Shown: in pieces, positions 12,816-24,479 of the stretch
Layout: each line of letters starts with the position of its first letter
How positions within the stretch are numbered: the stretch's first letter is position 1
From: Ramazzottius varieornatus
Taxonomy: Eukaryota > Animalia > Tardigrada
NCBI GenBank assembly: GCA_001949185.1
Contig: BDGG01000027.1
Location: forward strand, 7,915 to 71,914
Length of the DNA stretch: 64,000 nucleotides
Reading direction: 5' to 3'
Notes under the pieces: generated by a model
Told to the model about the DNA's origin: nothing
Databases searched by the model: none
Seen by the model: only the letters and a program-made list of their open reading frames with translations
Translations under genes and position numbers: made by a program

Positions 12816-15706
12816 ATGGAGTCATCAGTGGCTCTCAACGGCCAACCCCCTACCGTTAACAGCCTCTCCGACCTCGCAACGGAATCTGCTCCACAAAAAG
12901 CTTGTCTCAACATACCTGTCATCAGTCTGCTACCTCACATTTCTTCAGCGGACAGCATCATTGATTTGGAAAGTTCAGACCTGCCCATAGTTTTCCAGTC
13001 AAATGGCGACGCCGAGATGGATTCGGACGAGTTGTTGAATTACCAAGATAAATCGGTCACCGAGATGACGAATGGTGTCTTTGCGCTGCCTCCTGCCGCT
13101 CTCCAGAATATCTTCCACAATGGAGATCAAGATAAGCAGCGGAGCCCTGGCGACGTCGTCCAACCGATTTTGAACGGAGTAGTCAAACACAGGTATGATG
13201 CATGCAGAAAAAGCACAAACTCTACAATATTATCTTCCTACCAGATCACTTCGCGCATGACCAAGTTCTCGAACTGTGGCAAGAGCGATGACTTTCGTGA
13301 CACCTGCGCGAGTTGAAGTTCTTGAAAGGTATGATTATGGTCGTTCTCAACTTATCATGCTCTTGTTTCCAGGTTATCCATTTCCAACGATGGCTTCATC
13401 CAGATGAGAGACTACAAGATCTCATTTGATGTTATTGGCGCGGGCAAGTTTTCCGAAGTACGAGTCGCATTGGATACTCGTGATGGACAGCAGTACGCCA
13501 TGAAGATCTTCTCCAAGACCAAACTACAAAAATTCAACATGCTTCTCCGGTAAGTTATCTTATCACTTCCATATCTGGTGCATGTTCATGACCATAGTGT
13601 TTGCAGGACGTCAAGAAATCCGGTGGAAGAAGCATACAAAGAAGCAGCCATGTTACGCCAACTGTCGCACCCGAACATCATCCAACTCTGCGACTTCATC
13701 GACGATCCCGACTCGGACGCCATTTACATCGTCCTGGAGTTACTTGATCATGTCGTTATAGAAGTCCCCACAGGTCAGTCGTGCCAATATCAATAAATGC
13801 GCGCGGCACGTGGAAGGAACGATCTGGTCGACCGACAGAAATTATTACTACTGTAGGGAGCGTTCATTAACACTTAAAAGACCAAGGGGGTACCCCGGTT
13901 GGTTGGCGCACCCCAGAAGCCTTGCGGAATGGCTTCTGTTGAACCTTTTCGTCTCAAATTTTCGTGTTTGCTTTCATAAACTTTGTCGCTTCCAGTTAAG
14001 AAAGACGTGAACTGGCTAGCAGCTTTCTGAAAGTTCCGAGAGAAAATGTCGTTTTTGACCAGCTTTTGTCTTGAGTTGACAGACCAGATTTTCACTTAAG
14101 AGCTGCCTGACGAAAAGCCTTCTTAAAAATTGGACCGAGAGCTAGTACATTGGTACCGTCTTAGAAGCTTCAGTATGTTCCATGCTGCGTGACCAGTGGT
14201 CACAGCAGAAATGAAAAAATCTGGCACTTTGGTTCACTTGGTGGCGCATTTTACTCGAAAAATGCGAAGCGTACATGTGGTGATTGGCCCGATCTGACCC
14301 CACCCCATGACTTCAGCCAGTTAAAAATTGGGGAAGGTGATCTACTCCCCTTGTACTCCCAGAGCTCGGAATTTCGTGGTCTTTTAAGTGTTAACAGCGT
14401 CACGTTTTGATATCAGGAGGCCTGACCATTCTCCCTCCCTTGTCAGACAATCAAGCAATCAACTGGCTTTTATACATAGCAACTTTGCTGTCAGGTTTCG
14501 GGGACCCATCGCCCCTCTCTGGGTGCCTCACGTCATTACCGAACGCTCCCTTTAGAGAAGAAATCATTTCCAACAGGTTTCAGCTGTTTTAGATTCTCCT
14601 TGTACGGAAGCTGTAGCGCGACAGTACTTCCACGACATCGCCGACGGCGTAGCTCACATCCACAAATGTGGTATCATCCACCGCGACATCAAGCCGGAGA
14701 ACCTCCTGGTTAGCAAGAGTGGTATTGTCAAGCTGGTTGACTTTAACTTCTGCGTCGAGCTCGTCAAAGACGAGAATGGAGAGGAACAGGAAGTTGAATG
14801 CTCGCATGGAACTCCTGCCTACACCCGTAAGAAAATTCTGCATGCATTTTAAAATGTCTCTTGTAGTTGTTTTTTTTGCTCCTTCAGCTCCTGAGTGCCT
14901 TCTTCCGGACCAAAGGACCGCCGCTGGTCGGCCACTGGACATGTACGCATTGGGCGTGACGTTATTCGTGATGGTCCACGGTGATCTTCCCTTTCGCGCC
15001 GATCTTCTGCCCGAACTCTTCGATAAGATACTCAACGAGGAGGTGGTCATGCCGGAGAAGACTGACGTCTCGGAAAGTCTCACGGAAGTAATAAAGAGGT
15101 AACCACTTTATTACAGTGGATTTGTTCGTTGCAGTGAAATTATTATCGACACTCCTTAAATTAGGTTCATCGACCCGATTGGGTCGGACCTACCCTAATA
15201 ATCACAATTAACCATCACGGGAATCGTCTGATAGCTGAATTTTAAGTCATTGCCGCTTCCTGTAGTCTATTCCAGGGAAGGAAGTGTAGCTGGTCTCTTC
15301 GGTCGATTTTACGGTTTTGCACGTCTTCAAGCATTTTTTTCCTGTCTAATTTTCTTCATCACTCTTCTTCCCGCTTCCTGTACGTGATTCTCTTCCTGTT
15401 TCTGATAGGTTGATGGAAAAGAATCCGAAGGTGCGTATGACCATGCCGGAAATGCTGAAGCATCCTTGGATGCAAAAGTTCCAGCAAGGAACTGCCCGCG
15501 AGAAGGATGTGTCAGTTCGATACCAGCAAAAGTACAGCGAACGTTGCTCGTGGATAGCGATGTCGTCCGAGGAAAGGGCAGTTGACGAAGACACCAGCAT
15601 TGAGGTCGACCCGAAAGGACAGTTTGTCAAGCACCGAAGTCGTGGTTCGGTGATAGCTGAAAATGATCTCCAGGAACTCTTCATCGATGGTTATACCGTT
15701 TTGTAA
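12816..15706 (+). CDS. CaMKK-like Ser/Thr kinase (multi-exon; 5' end uncertain, may start near 12132)
   Basis: IGAGKFSEV, YAMKIFSKTKL, HPNIIQLCDFIDDP, HRDIKPENLL, VKLVDFN, GTPAYTPPE, GRPLDMYALGVTLF, HPW. The subdomain pattern resembles CaMKK/SAK1-type kinases. Confidence 0.85.
13855..14551. mobile_element. Short MITE (AGGGAGCGTTC termini) in the kinase intron, interrupted in its left TIR
   Basis: AGGGAGCGTTC at 13855 and GAACGCTCCCT at 14541-14551. Removing the TTAA insert extends the inverted match. Confidence 0.65.
13871..14390. mobile_element. piggyBac-type MITE
   Basis: TTAA|CACTTAAAAGACCA ... TGGTCTTTTAAGTG|TTAA: perfect 14-bp TIR with TTAA duplication. Confidence 0.88.
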
Positions 15707-16249
15707 TCTCGTCCATGACGCTGAGTTCTGAATGGACCAGTTGTTTTCGCTTCTTTCGTTCTTCATGTGCCTTGGCACGACTATCTGTATCGTTCGTAGT
15801 CATTCGATGCTCTTTTGTAATTTCGAAGTGTAAATAAACTTGTTGAACTCGTTTTCTTTCTTATTTATTATTTCTTGTTGGAATTGCGCCGTGAGCTTTC
15901 TGTCCTCTTGGCTAGCTCACTCTGAATGTTCATCCCACTATGCATCGTAATTCACGTCCCGTTGTCACCATCTCTTTTGAGCTGTACCAATGTTCTTAAA
16001 ATGCAATATGCAGTTGATTAATCGGTTCGAGGTTAGTGCTACACGTGTACTGTGGATGGGGGAAAAGAGCTTTGTTTTTGCGAGAAGATGCCAGGCTGGA
16101 AAAATACTGAATTCCCAGTGAACGATACTCAAGTCCGACAGTAAGAGGGAATTATAAAACAACTTCAAGCGCTACTGAAGAAGAATAAGGACTGAAATCG
16201 AGAGTTCGTGAACGAGCAAACGGAACTCGGCTGGCTCGTACAACAAAAC

Positions 16250-17211
16250 TCAATAAAGACGGTCTTCCGGTGCGGGAACAATGGCCACGCTCATGAAATC
16301 CCCAATCTGGAACCGGACATCTGACAACATTTTCCCGTCGTCCTGCAGTCGAAAACCCAGGTTGTTACACGGCAGAAAGCAGAATTATCGAAGGCTGACA
16401 GACAGAACAGACACATTTACACACCTGCATACACTAAAGCGTGACCTCCACCATAGCATCCTGGTATTCAGGTGCGAGAGAACCAGTCTCTTCATACACC
16501 TGAATACAGCGCATCGCATATCCACCATAATCTCATGGTATGCAGGTGGAAGCCGACACTTCGTGTAAAGAAACCTGTCTTACCTGTCCTTTCTGGCCAT
16601 TACAAGCAGCCCCGATATGCCGAGATCGGTAGTTTGAGCTTCTGCCATGATCAGGATACACTAAGTTAAACTCGAAGATGGTCCCACGACGCCGTGCTTC
16701 AGGATGGACATCACGAATGAGGCCTGACAACTCTTTCAACGTGGCGTCCAGCCATGTGTACACTTGTAGCTCTCCTGTCCCACCCGTCGGCGTGTTCCCG
16801 TGAGCAAACTCAGAAAGCGGATAGTGACGCCCGGTGTTGCAGAAGACACGGAGGAGGAACGGACAAACCTTTTCTCGGTCGACGGAGAATTTGTTGGGAT
16901 CGACCACTTCAGGAGCATCTCTGGTGTCCGGATGGAAGTCGTTTTCTGTAGTCTTGTTGAGGTGACGCTCTGGACCATTACGGCCATCACCACGTTCTTT
17001 GCTTGGCGCTCTGCCATTGTCGCCTGGAAATACTCGTGTAAGAACTATACATGGTGTTTTCTCACGATTTTTCTCCCCGAAACGGTGAAACCAACTCACC
17101 TGGAATCCTCACTTGGATGATTTCGCGTTCGAAGTTGCCTCCTCCCGAGCTCCGGACTTGCAAGGAGGGGCGCTTGCCCCTTTCCGGAGCCATGGGCACG
17201 TATAGAGTCAT
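16250..17211 (-). CDS. SAP18: Sin3-associated protein 18 (3 exons; start ATG at 17211 or 17193)
   Basis: DREKVCPFLLRVF, ELQVYTWLDATLKEL, PEARRRGT. Last exon DDGKMLSDVRFQIGDFMSVAI. Confidence 0.93.
16422..16548. repeat. Family-B cassette pair (representative locus of a dispersed repeat)
   Basis: Two CACCTG(C/A)ATAC-N~30-GTAT(T/G)CAGGTG units 75 bp apart. Further copies at 5137, 7277, 9194 and 9267. Confidence 0.8.
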
Positions 17212-17792
17212 GGAGGAATCGCTACGAAGGTTATATGAAACAATCCGCAGGTTGGATGACTCGGTAAATGCCCATCAACAACGTCGATTCAACCTTGCCA
17301 TACGCCGCGGCTAACTTAATCGATTTTCCGCTTACCTCTCTAAAGATCCGGTCCAAGTACTAAGTTAGGAGACGCTCCCGAGGACAGTCCTTTGGCAGAT
17401 AGCTAAAGCGGGTTTGATGTTACAATTGCGAGAAGGATCAAAGAAAACTGGAAAATCAGCTGTCGTGCGGTGACCTCGTCTCCGTCGAGCTTCTGTTGAA
17501 TGAATGCTTGATTGCTGATTCGAGGCAACAAACGGTGCACGCCCCCAGTGCTTGAGTCCTACCCCGCTTCCGTGCGAGCTTACCGGTCTTACCCCGACTT
17601 GCATGAAGGGCGTTCGCCGAGATTCGGCATGGCCGGAACCAGAAGCCGGGATCTTTTTCGGTTTCTCATCTTTAAACTCAAATTTGTTGATCTCGTTAAC
17701 TTAGCATTGCTCGTGAGTCGCGATCGTCTGAGTCCTTGTTCTTCCTTCACGTGAACTTTCGCAGGTCTGCAGTGGACCGTTAACGCGGCACC

Positions 17793-19117
17793 ATGGATAG
17801 CCGCGGTGAGAAGAGGACTATCGAGACGGAACAGCACGATACGACCCAGCCCAAAAAAGTGCGGCAACGAGTGAAAGTGGAGATGGACGACATCCCGAAC
17901 CAACTGCTGCTGGAGCTCTTCCAGTACTTCGATCATATGGAAAAGTACTATCGACGAGGGTAAGCCACCGCCTAGAAATATCTTGGAAGTCAAGACCGGA
18001 GAAGTTACGCTCAGCACGTTACCTTTGGCGTTCTACTTCGGGCCGTGCCGGGCACAGACCTGACCAGGAACTACCGTAGGAAAAAGCGCGGTTATCCACC
18101 TATGTTTTACATCTTTCGTAGGGTCTCCAAGCGTTGGCGTGTTGTGCTGAAGTCTCGTTCGATCATGATGCAGACGTACTTGGCCATCGAAGTCCCTGTT
18201 AATGTCAGACCCAACAGTCGTCCTGGGGAAATTTCGGAAGAATTCATTTGGACGGTCGGCAAGCACATCAAGACGATCGTCTTCTACGGGCGCAGCGAGA
18301 AGTTCGTGACGGCGAGTATGGCTTACATCATCGGGGCTCGCCTGAAACGGTTCACAAAAGCTCAACGAGCAATGTTCCAAGACATCCAAAGCTACTTCGC
18401 GAAGCTCTCAACTACGTCGTGATTAACAACGTCGACTTCATCGGAAGTGTATCTCGCCAGTTGGGACTTGAATATCGTGGTCGTCGATCTTACGATAAGG
18501 TCATCCTGGGATACCTGGACATTTCCCTGGAACTGCTTGACGAAAAACCTGTGTCACGATACCCCGATTTTCGTGAAGAACATTCGGGCCGAAAGTATGG
18601 GAGGCCAGTCAGCGAACAAGTACAAGATCTGAAGATGATGATCTTAAGTGGCGCATGCTGCCAGCCAATAACAACGGAAATGTGCGCCGCTTGGGAACTC
18701 AACAAGATTGTTTTGAAAGTGGCGCACTTTCCCTGCCAATAACAGTGTCAGTGTGCGCCACTTGGGACAACGGTTCTGTACGTTTTCTTTGCCGGCTGCG
18801 ACTGGTTGATCATGTTTTGATGACTTTCTCGTTTTGGAAGGCTGTTTCCAGATGAGTTTTCCTACAACAAGCTGGAGAAGATGCCGCAGAAGGAGGTGAT
18901 TCCGTTTGTTCTTCAGAAGCGCGACGTTCCATACCTGTTGTATTGGTGGCTTTTTTTCATGCGGGAGCATGTCAAGCCTATGCACGATGTGATTGACCAA
19001 CGATACCGCAAGAAATACGGGTCGCCCATCCGTGATCCCGAGTACGATGATTATCCAGAGGACGAGGATTCCGACTTCCCAGAGGGTGAGGATGGTTGTA
19101 GTTGGGATGACGAGTGA
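17793..19117 (+). CDS. F-box protein (lineage-specific), with an apparent frameshift near 18385-18420
   Basis: MDDIPNQLLLELFQYFD...RG|VSKRWR F-box pattern split by an intron. Downstream coding-like sequence continues in a shifted frame and splices to an acidic C-terminal exon. Confidence 0.65.
18646..18766. repeat. Family-A cassette pair (representative locus of a dispersed repeat)
   Basis: Two AAGTGGCGCA-N~28-GTGCGCC(A/G)CTTGGG units 71 bp apart. Further copies at 7706, 20982, 21046, 25366, 25428, 29104, 29180, 34468, 34537, 39163, 39247, 46560 and 58649. Confidence 0.9.
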
Positions 19118-19949
19118 GGCTCACACGGCACTAGCGTTAGAAGGACCTTGATGAGCTCGATAAGTCAGAATTTCCTGAATTTTTGCTACTGTTATCTTAT
19201 GTTTCGGAGTTCCTGCCACTATCGTGGTAAATCTACTACGAAAAAGCTGGGCCAAAGTTTCTGTCAGAACGACAGAGTTACATTTGATATGATGTTTTCT
19301 TGATAATGAGACGGTGCTGGAATTTCTCGAATATTTTGCTTCATTATTAGCAACTGATTTAGTATTAGGCGGCATTTGAAACTTCCCCCGCAGTTTACTG
19401 TTGCAATGGCGTCTCTCTTAGGCGGTCATAACTTTCAACTAACAACTTCGAACCGTTGCCTCACTCCCGTAGGTGTCCTTAAAATTTTATGACCGTCTTC
19501 CTTCCTGGAACGATGAAAGGCTTGATGAAAGTTGCGTCTTGACAGCTATTGTGTTACCATTAATTTTATATAGGTATTGTTCACGAGTACTAATTATTAA
19601 TACTATGGCGCAGTCGTCTGCGCGTTCGTTTCAGCCAAGGCCTTTGTCATACAGTGTATTTGGCTTTCTAATATAGTTTGCCTTGGTTCATCCACAGAGC
19701 AGTATAACGAAGTTACAGTGTACGTATGCTGCATTGTGGTTTAGCCGAAGCTTTCTTTTGGACCTTAGAACCACTGGCCGTTAGATCAAATCTTGATTAG
19801 ACTGGTACCTGTTTCTGTGAATCCGTTCGCCAGCCGCCAAGATACGTCCTTCGTTTTCCGCTTTTATGTTTGATCACTAGTTGGTTTCGTCAAAGCTACT
19901 CCATTTGCTGCAGCCGGGTTAAGGAAGAATAGAGCATCGAGACAAAAGA

Positions 19950-20570
19950 TTGCGGCTTTGGGAATTACGAAGTTCCAGTCCGCTCGAAGAGGCACAAAAC
20001 CCAAGGTGCTCGACCGTGACGATAGACGATCTTCCAAACGGGCCACTACTGGAGATCTGCCAGTTCGTGTGCTTCGATTATGTGGAAAAATGCGACCGTC
20101 GTCGGTTAAGCTTTTATCAAGATTCATGGCCATCTACACATGCTCATGCGCAGGAATTTCTGATCCGTGATGTTCCAGCAAAAGTCAGAATGGTAACATT
20201 TACAAGAATTTTGTCGCAGGGTTTGCCGTCGATGGGAGACCATCGTACAGTATCTTCGCGAATCCGCACTCTTCAACCATACGTCGTCATCGAAACTCCC
20301 AGGAGCTTCGAGCGCTATACTTGTCCACGGGCACCGAAGTCAACGTTGATCGTCCATGAACGAGCAAAGACGATAGTGTTCTACGGGAAGGAAGAAAAGA
20401 CCATCTTGGAAGAGCTGTCCAGTGTCAAAGAGAACAGGTTTTCGGTAGCAATGTCCTTTGTTTGCAGACGTTATACACTGCAGTTTCAGCCGGAGGTGCT
20501 CGTAAAACTCGCCCAATTGGAGGTTATCCAACTGATGTTGGGTTCAACTCCGATTTTTAATAGAAGCGAC
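19950..20570 (+). pseudogene. Second F-box paralog, frameshifted
   Basis: IDDLPNGPLLEICQF...RR|VCRRW, then YVVIETP...KTIVFYG (cf. YLAIEVP...KTIVFYG in the neighbour) in a different frame after ~20250. Confidence 0.6.
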
Positions 20571-21406
20571 AATTCTACATCCCGTCCAAATATACATTAT
20601 GAATTGTTCCCTAAAACAATACTAACGATTTTCAGGAGTGATCGTAAAGTTGAGACATACTGTACGTGTACCGGTGGGCCAATCACCGGAGGGATTATGT
20701 GCCTCCTCATCGCATGTTGCAGAGCAAGCAGATGCCAGAACAAGCACTGGGGGAGCCACATGATGTGTTTATGCGTCGATGTGATGTGAGGTCCCGGCTG
20801 CGTCGCCTGAGCTCCCCGCGCTCGAGGCCGACATTCCGCTTCAATGCATGCCTGAGAGAATGGACCTCCAATCCTGTTTGCGTTCTACGCTGCAAACTAC
20901 CCTGAGCCCGCTGAACCTTAATAACTGACCACCATCTATATTTGAGGCCGGCAAACAATCTCACGGTAACTGCACAATGTGAAGTGGCGCACGCGGCCAG
21001 CCAAACACCGAAAAAACATGCGCCACTCGACAATATCGTTTTCGTAGGTGGCGCATGTTTGCAGCCAACAACCTACGATGTAAAAAACTGCGTGACTTGC
21101 AATAACGATCATACGAGATTGCTTACCGGCTTCCCATGTCATTTTTAGTAGGAATTACTGTAGCAAGATAACATTTTATCGCTTCTGCAACGCCCAGTGC
21201 AACTTTTTCCGAGTCCTACTGCCACTGGTAACCCGCTTCTGCTCGTTACAACGGGTTTGATTTCCTCCTGTATGCCCTCTCTGTACAGGACTACGAACGC
21301 GGCCGCAAAATTTTTCCCGTACGACATACGAAACTTTCTAAGCAACAATAATTCAAGTCAAATGTATTTACAAAAAGAAATGCACGGTAAGAGATCTCAT
21401 GCAATA

Positions 21407-24056
21407 TCAAGCCGGCGAAGGCTCCTGGGAAAGCAATTTGGCATGTTTGAGCCACTGGTGTTCCAACAATCGTTCCTCGCTATTGTACTGCCTGTGGCAA
21501 TATTTGCACACTTCCGCGTTGGCGAAAGACTCTGCCACCCTCTCCGAACGCCCTTTAAGCGTATACTGCCGATGGGGATTATGCAGTCTTTTTTGGTGGT
21601 CCATCAGTTTCACTTGTCGCTTGAACTTTCTTCCACAAATATCGCAGGGATAGTTGAAGACGTCAGAATGGACAACCGCGTGGCGTGTCAGCTGTTCCAT
21701 CCGGCGAGAGGCTTTCTGGCATACACCGCACACGATGTCTTTGGGCAGGTGTTGCTCTTTCATGTGGCGGCGGAGAACCAGCCAGCTATCGTAGACTTTC
21801 TTGCAGATGCGGCAGGAGAACTTCCCATTGACTCTGTGAGTCTCGCTGTGGGCGTTCAGTGAGTGGGAGCCAGAGAATGTCTCTAGGCACACAGGGCATT
21901 CGAAACCTTTCCGCGACCCATGTTGCTGGAAGAGAGAAAAGGTTGTAATGATACTAATTGGGATATGCGGGCAAACGAATTGAACCAGATCATCTTCCAA
22001 AGTGACGCACACCATCGGTCAGAAACAATGAAAACTTGCGCTCCGTTAGGTGACTGTCTGGTTCAGTTCATTTGGCCAGGGTTTAGTTGTAACTTGCCCG
22101 AACCCCCAAAAAACTTTAAATAAAATAAAAGACGAAAGATCGACAAAAGAAATTATTCTTTGAAAAGGTTCGGGAAGCAAACTACTAAAACACGACTTAC
22201 AAAGTTTTCGTGCGACTTGAGGCCAGCCAACGTCACGAACTTCCCGTCGCACTTATCACATCCAAACGGCTTGACCACTTCGCCCATATGCAGTCTCTCA
22301 TTGTGCCTGGCCAGCATCTTCTCCGAAGCCAGCACCTTCCCACAGGTTTCACATGGCATACCCCTCTTCTTGTTATAGTACCTCTGGTGTTCGGCAACGT
22401 GTTTCACCAGATGCTCGAACGACGGCATTTCCGTCTCACAGCCCGGACACTTCTTCGGTCCCGGCGTAGCCAGTTCCCTGGGAATTTCGGTTCGATGTGT
22501 GGTCTCATGGATAGCCAACAAGCCCGGAATACGAAATTCCGCTAAGCACCCTTCTGCTTTACAGGGATGCTCGTAATGACGATGCTTGGCTAGCAACGTC
22601 GACGCCGTAGTCAGTTTCTTCTCCACTAACAACCGCTCAACTTCGGTCAGAGGTTTCTCTTTGCGACCAGATCTCTTTGTGGGTTTAGTTAATTCTACTA
22701 AGGCACCACAAATTTCTATCTGTTTAAGTCTTTTCCTCTGTATTTTCTTTGGCTTCGGACTCTGACGTTGCATACGTTCTGCTTCATAGTCTGCATCGTC
22801 TGGGTTATTTTCTTCCTCCTGGTCGTCATCCTCGGCAACGCCTTCCACCGGTTTGGACAACAGTTCCTTCGTGAGTTCAGCGTACGTCCGCCGTCCTTTG
22901 AGCACGCTTATCGCCTCTTGCCGCTTTCGTTTCTTGGGACGTGGAGGAAGACTTCCTTGATGGAACATCTCGGGAGATGGGAGACCGACGTCGTTGGCGA
23001 CGAGATCGATCACCCGCAAGTCCAATCGCTCTTCGGCCGGCAGGAGAGACATGAATGAGTTCTCTTCGATCCTCAAAGGCGGCGGAAGTTGGAAGTTCTC
23101 AGGGTTCTTAGTGAGTGCTTTCTTGGTTCCGGCATCGGCTCGGACTTTCCCAATGGCCAAAGCATACTGAAACAATTAGAGATTAAATTTTGACCTGGGC
23201 AAAGAACATTCAGAATTTTTAGAATGTCGGCAAATGACTTAGGGCATGATCGCTCTGCAAAGTGGGGGCAAACTTTCAGCAAATGACACTAAAAAACGTG
23301 CGTCACCTGGGAAAATGGTCGTGTTCAGGGCGTTTGCCGGCGTCCCATGTTACCTGGTAAGAGTATCCGACACAGAGTTCTTCATCTTCCAGAATCGGTT
23401 TCAACGCGGTGAAGTAAACTTGTCGGCCGTGCTGGTAAGCCATCAGGTTAACCTTGTTAGGTGTGTCCGATATTCGGACGAACTTCATCCAGTTGCTTCC
23501 GTTGTCGGACTCTAGGTTGTAGTGGAAAAGTTTGTTTTCGAGGACAAGCCCGAAATGAAATGGGCGAAGAGAGGACACCGGGTCGACCAGCACTCCATGC
23601 AGTGGACCGAAGGCTGTACCAGCTTGGACAGATGTTCGAGCGAACACACCTTTCGGCTTCTTCGATTCTGGAAATCAAACATCCAAGTGTAACTCTTCAA
23701 TAGTAAGTTCTGATAACTCGCGCATTACGTCATGGAATTGACTGTAAGTATAAGCGACACCGTGATGTCACTGCGCGACCTAAGATGGGCAATATTATCT
23801 TACTTTGCATTCCGTCTTTCAAGTCACGGATATCCAGCTGCCATGGTAGTGTAGCGTACGCGCGTGGAAGGAGAGCTTGGTCCGCGATGATGGTTGGACA
23901 TCGGTCGATACAAGGTCCGTTTTCCCCCTTTTGGCACAGTTCACACCCTGAAAAGGAACAGATGCAAACTTAATGGTGACCACGATAAAACAATGGCAAC
24001 GTACGTGGTATAAAGGAACGGCTTATTCGCTCGGCAGCAACAAGGCTTTGTTCCAT
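21407..24056 (-). CDS. PRDM-family PR/SET + C2H2 zinc-finger protein (PRDM10/15/4-like)
   Basis: Zinc-knuckle-like CELC...C...RAYATLP, PR domain GTAFGP...SNWMKFVR...NLMAYQHGRQVYF...EELCVGY, and multiple C2H2 fingers (CETCGK, CDKCD, CPVC, CRICKK, CDICGRKF). Confidence 0.88.
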
Positions 24057-24479
24057 CGTACACTTCACCCAGGAGTATGCTTTGGCTTCCAGAGAATGGA
24101 ATGGCTGGACTGCTGGAGACGGGAAGAAGTCACTGAGGAAAAATTAATTTGGTCCGAGGATTCTGGATAATGAGGAGAATGCGTCGCCTTCAAAACATCA
24201 GTGAATGCCGTCACCAGCCGTTTTCCTACTCGCAAACCCACCTTTGAGACTGTGAACGACGAGTCTCGGCCTCTCGGGTCGGTTAAATCGTGACCAACGC
24301 TGGTAGGCGAACGCTTGATTGATTCTTGGGCTTGATTTGTCATGAGGACGGAATGCCATTTCAAAATTCGAATTCTCGAACTTCGAACTGCTTCGCACAT
24401 CTCCCTTCTCCAAAGCTCCTCCACTTTATTCAGAGCTCACGCGAGTTGTCACGCGTGTTCTGCTCTCTTTTTAGGAACG

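Noticed and set aside
18646-18766. Repeat-spacer appearance suggesting a CRISPR array
   Set aside because: The context is eukaryotic and intronic, with only 1-2 units per locus, mutually similar spacers and no cas genes.
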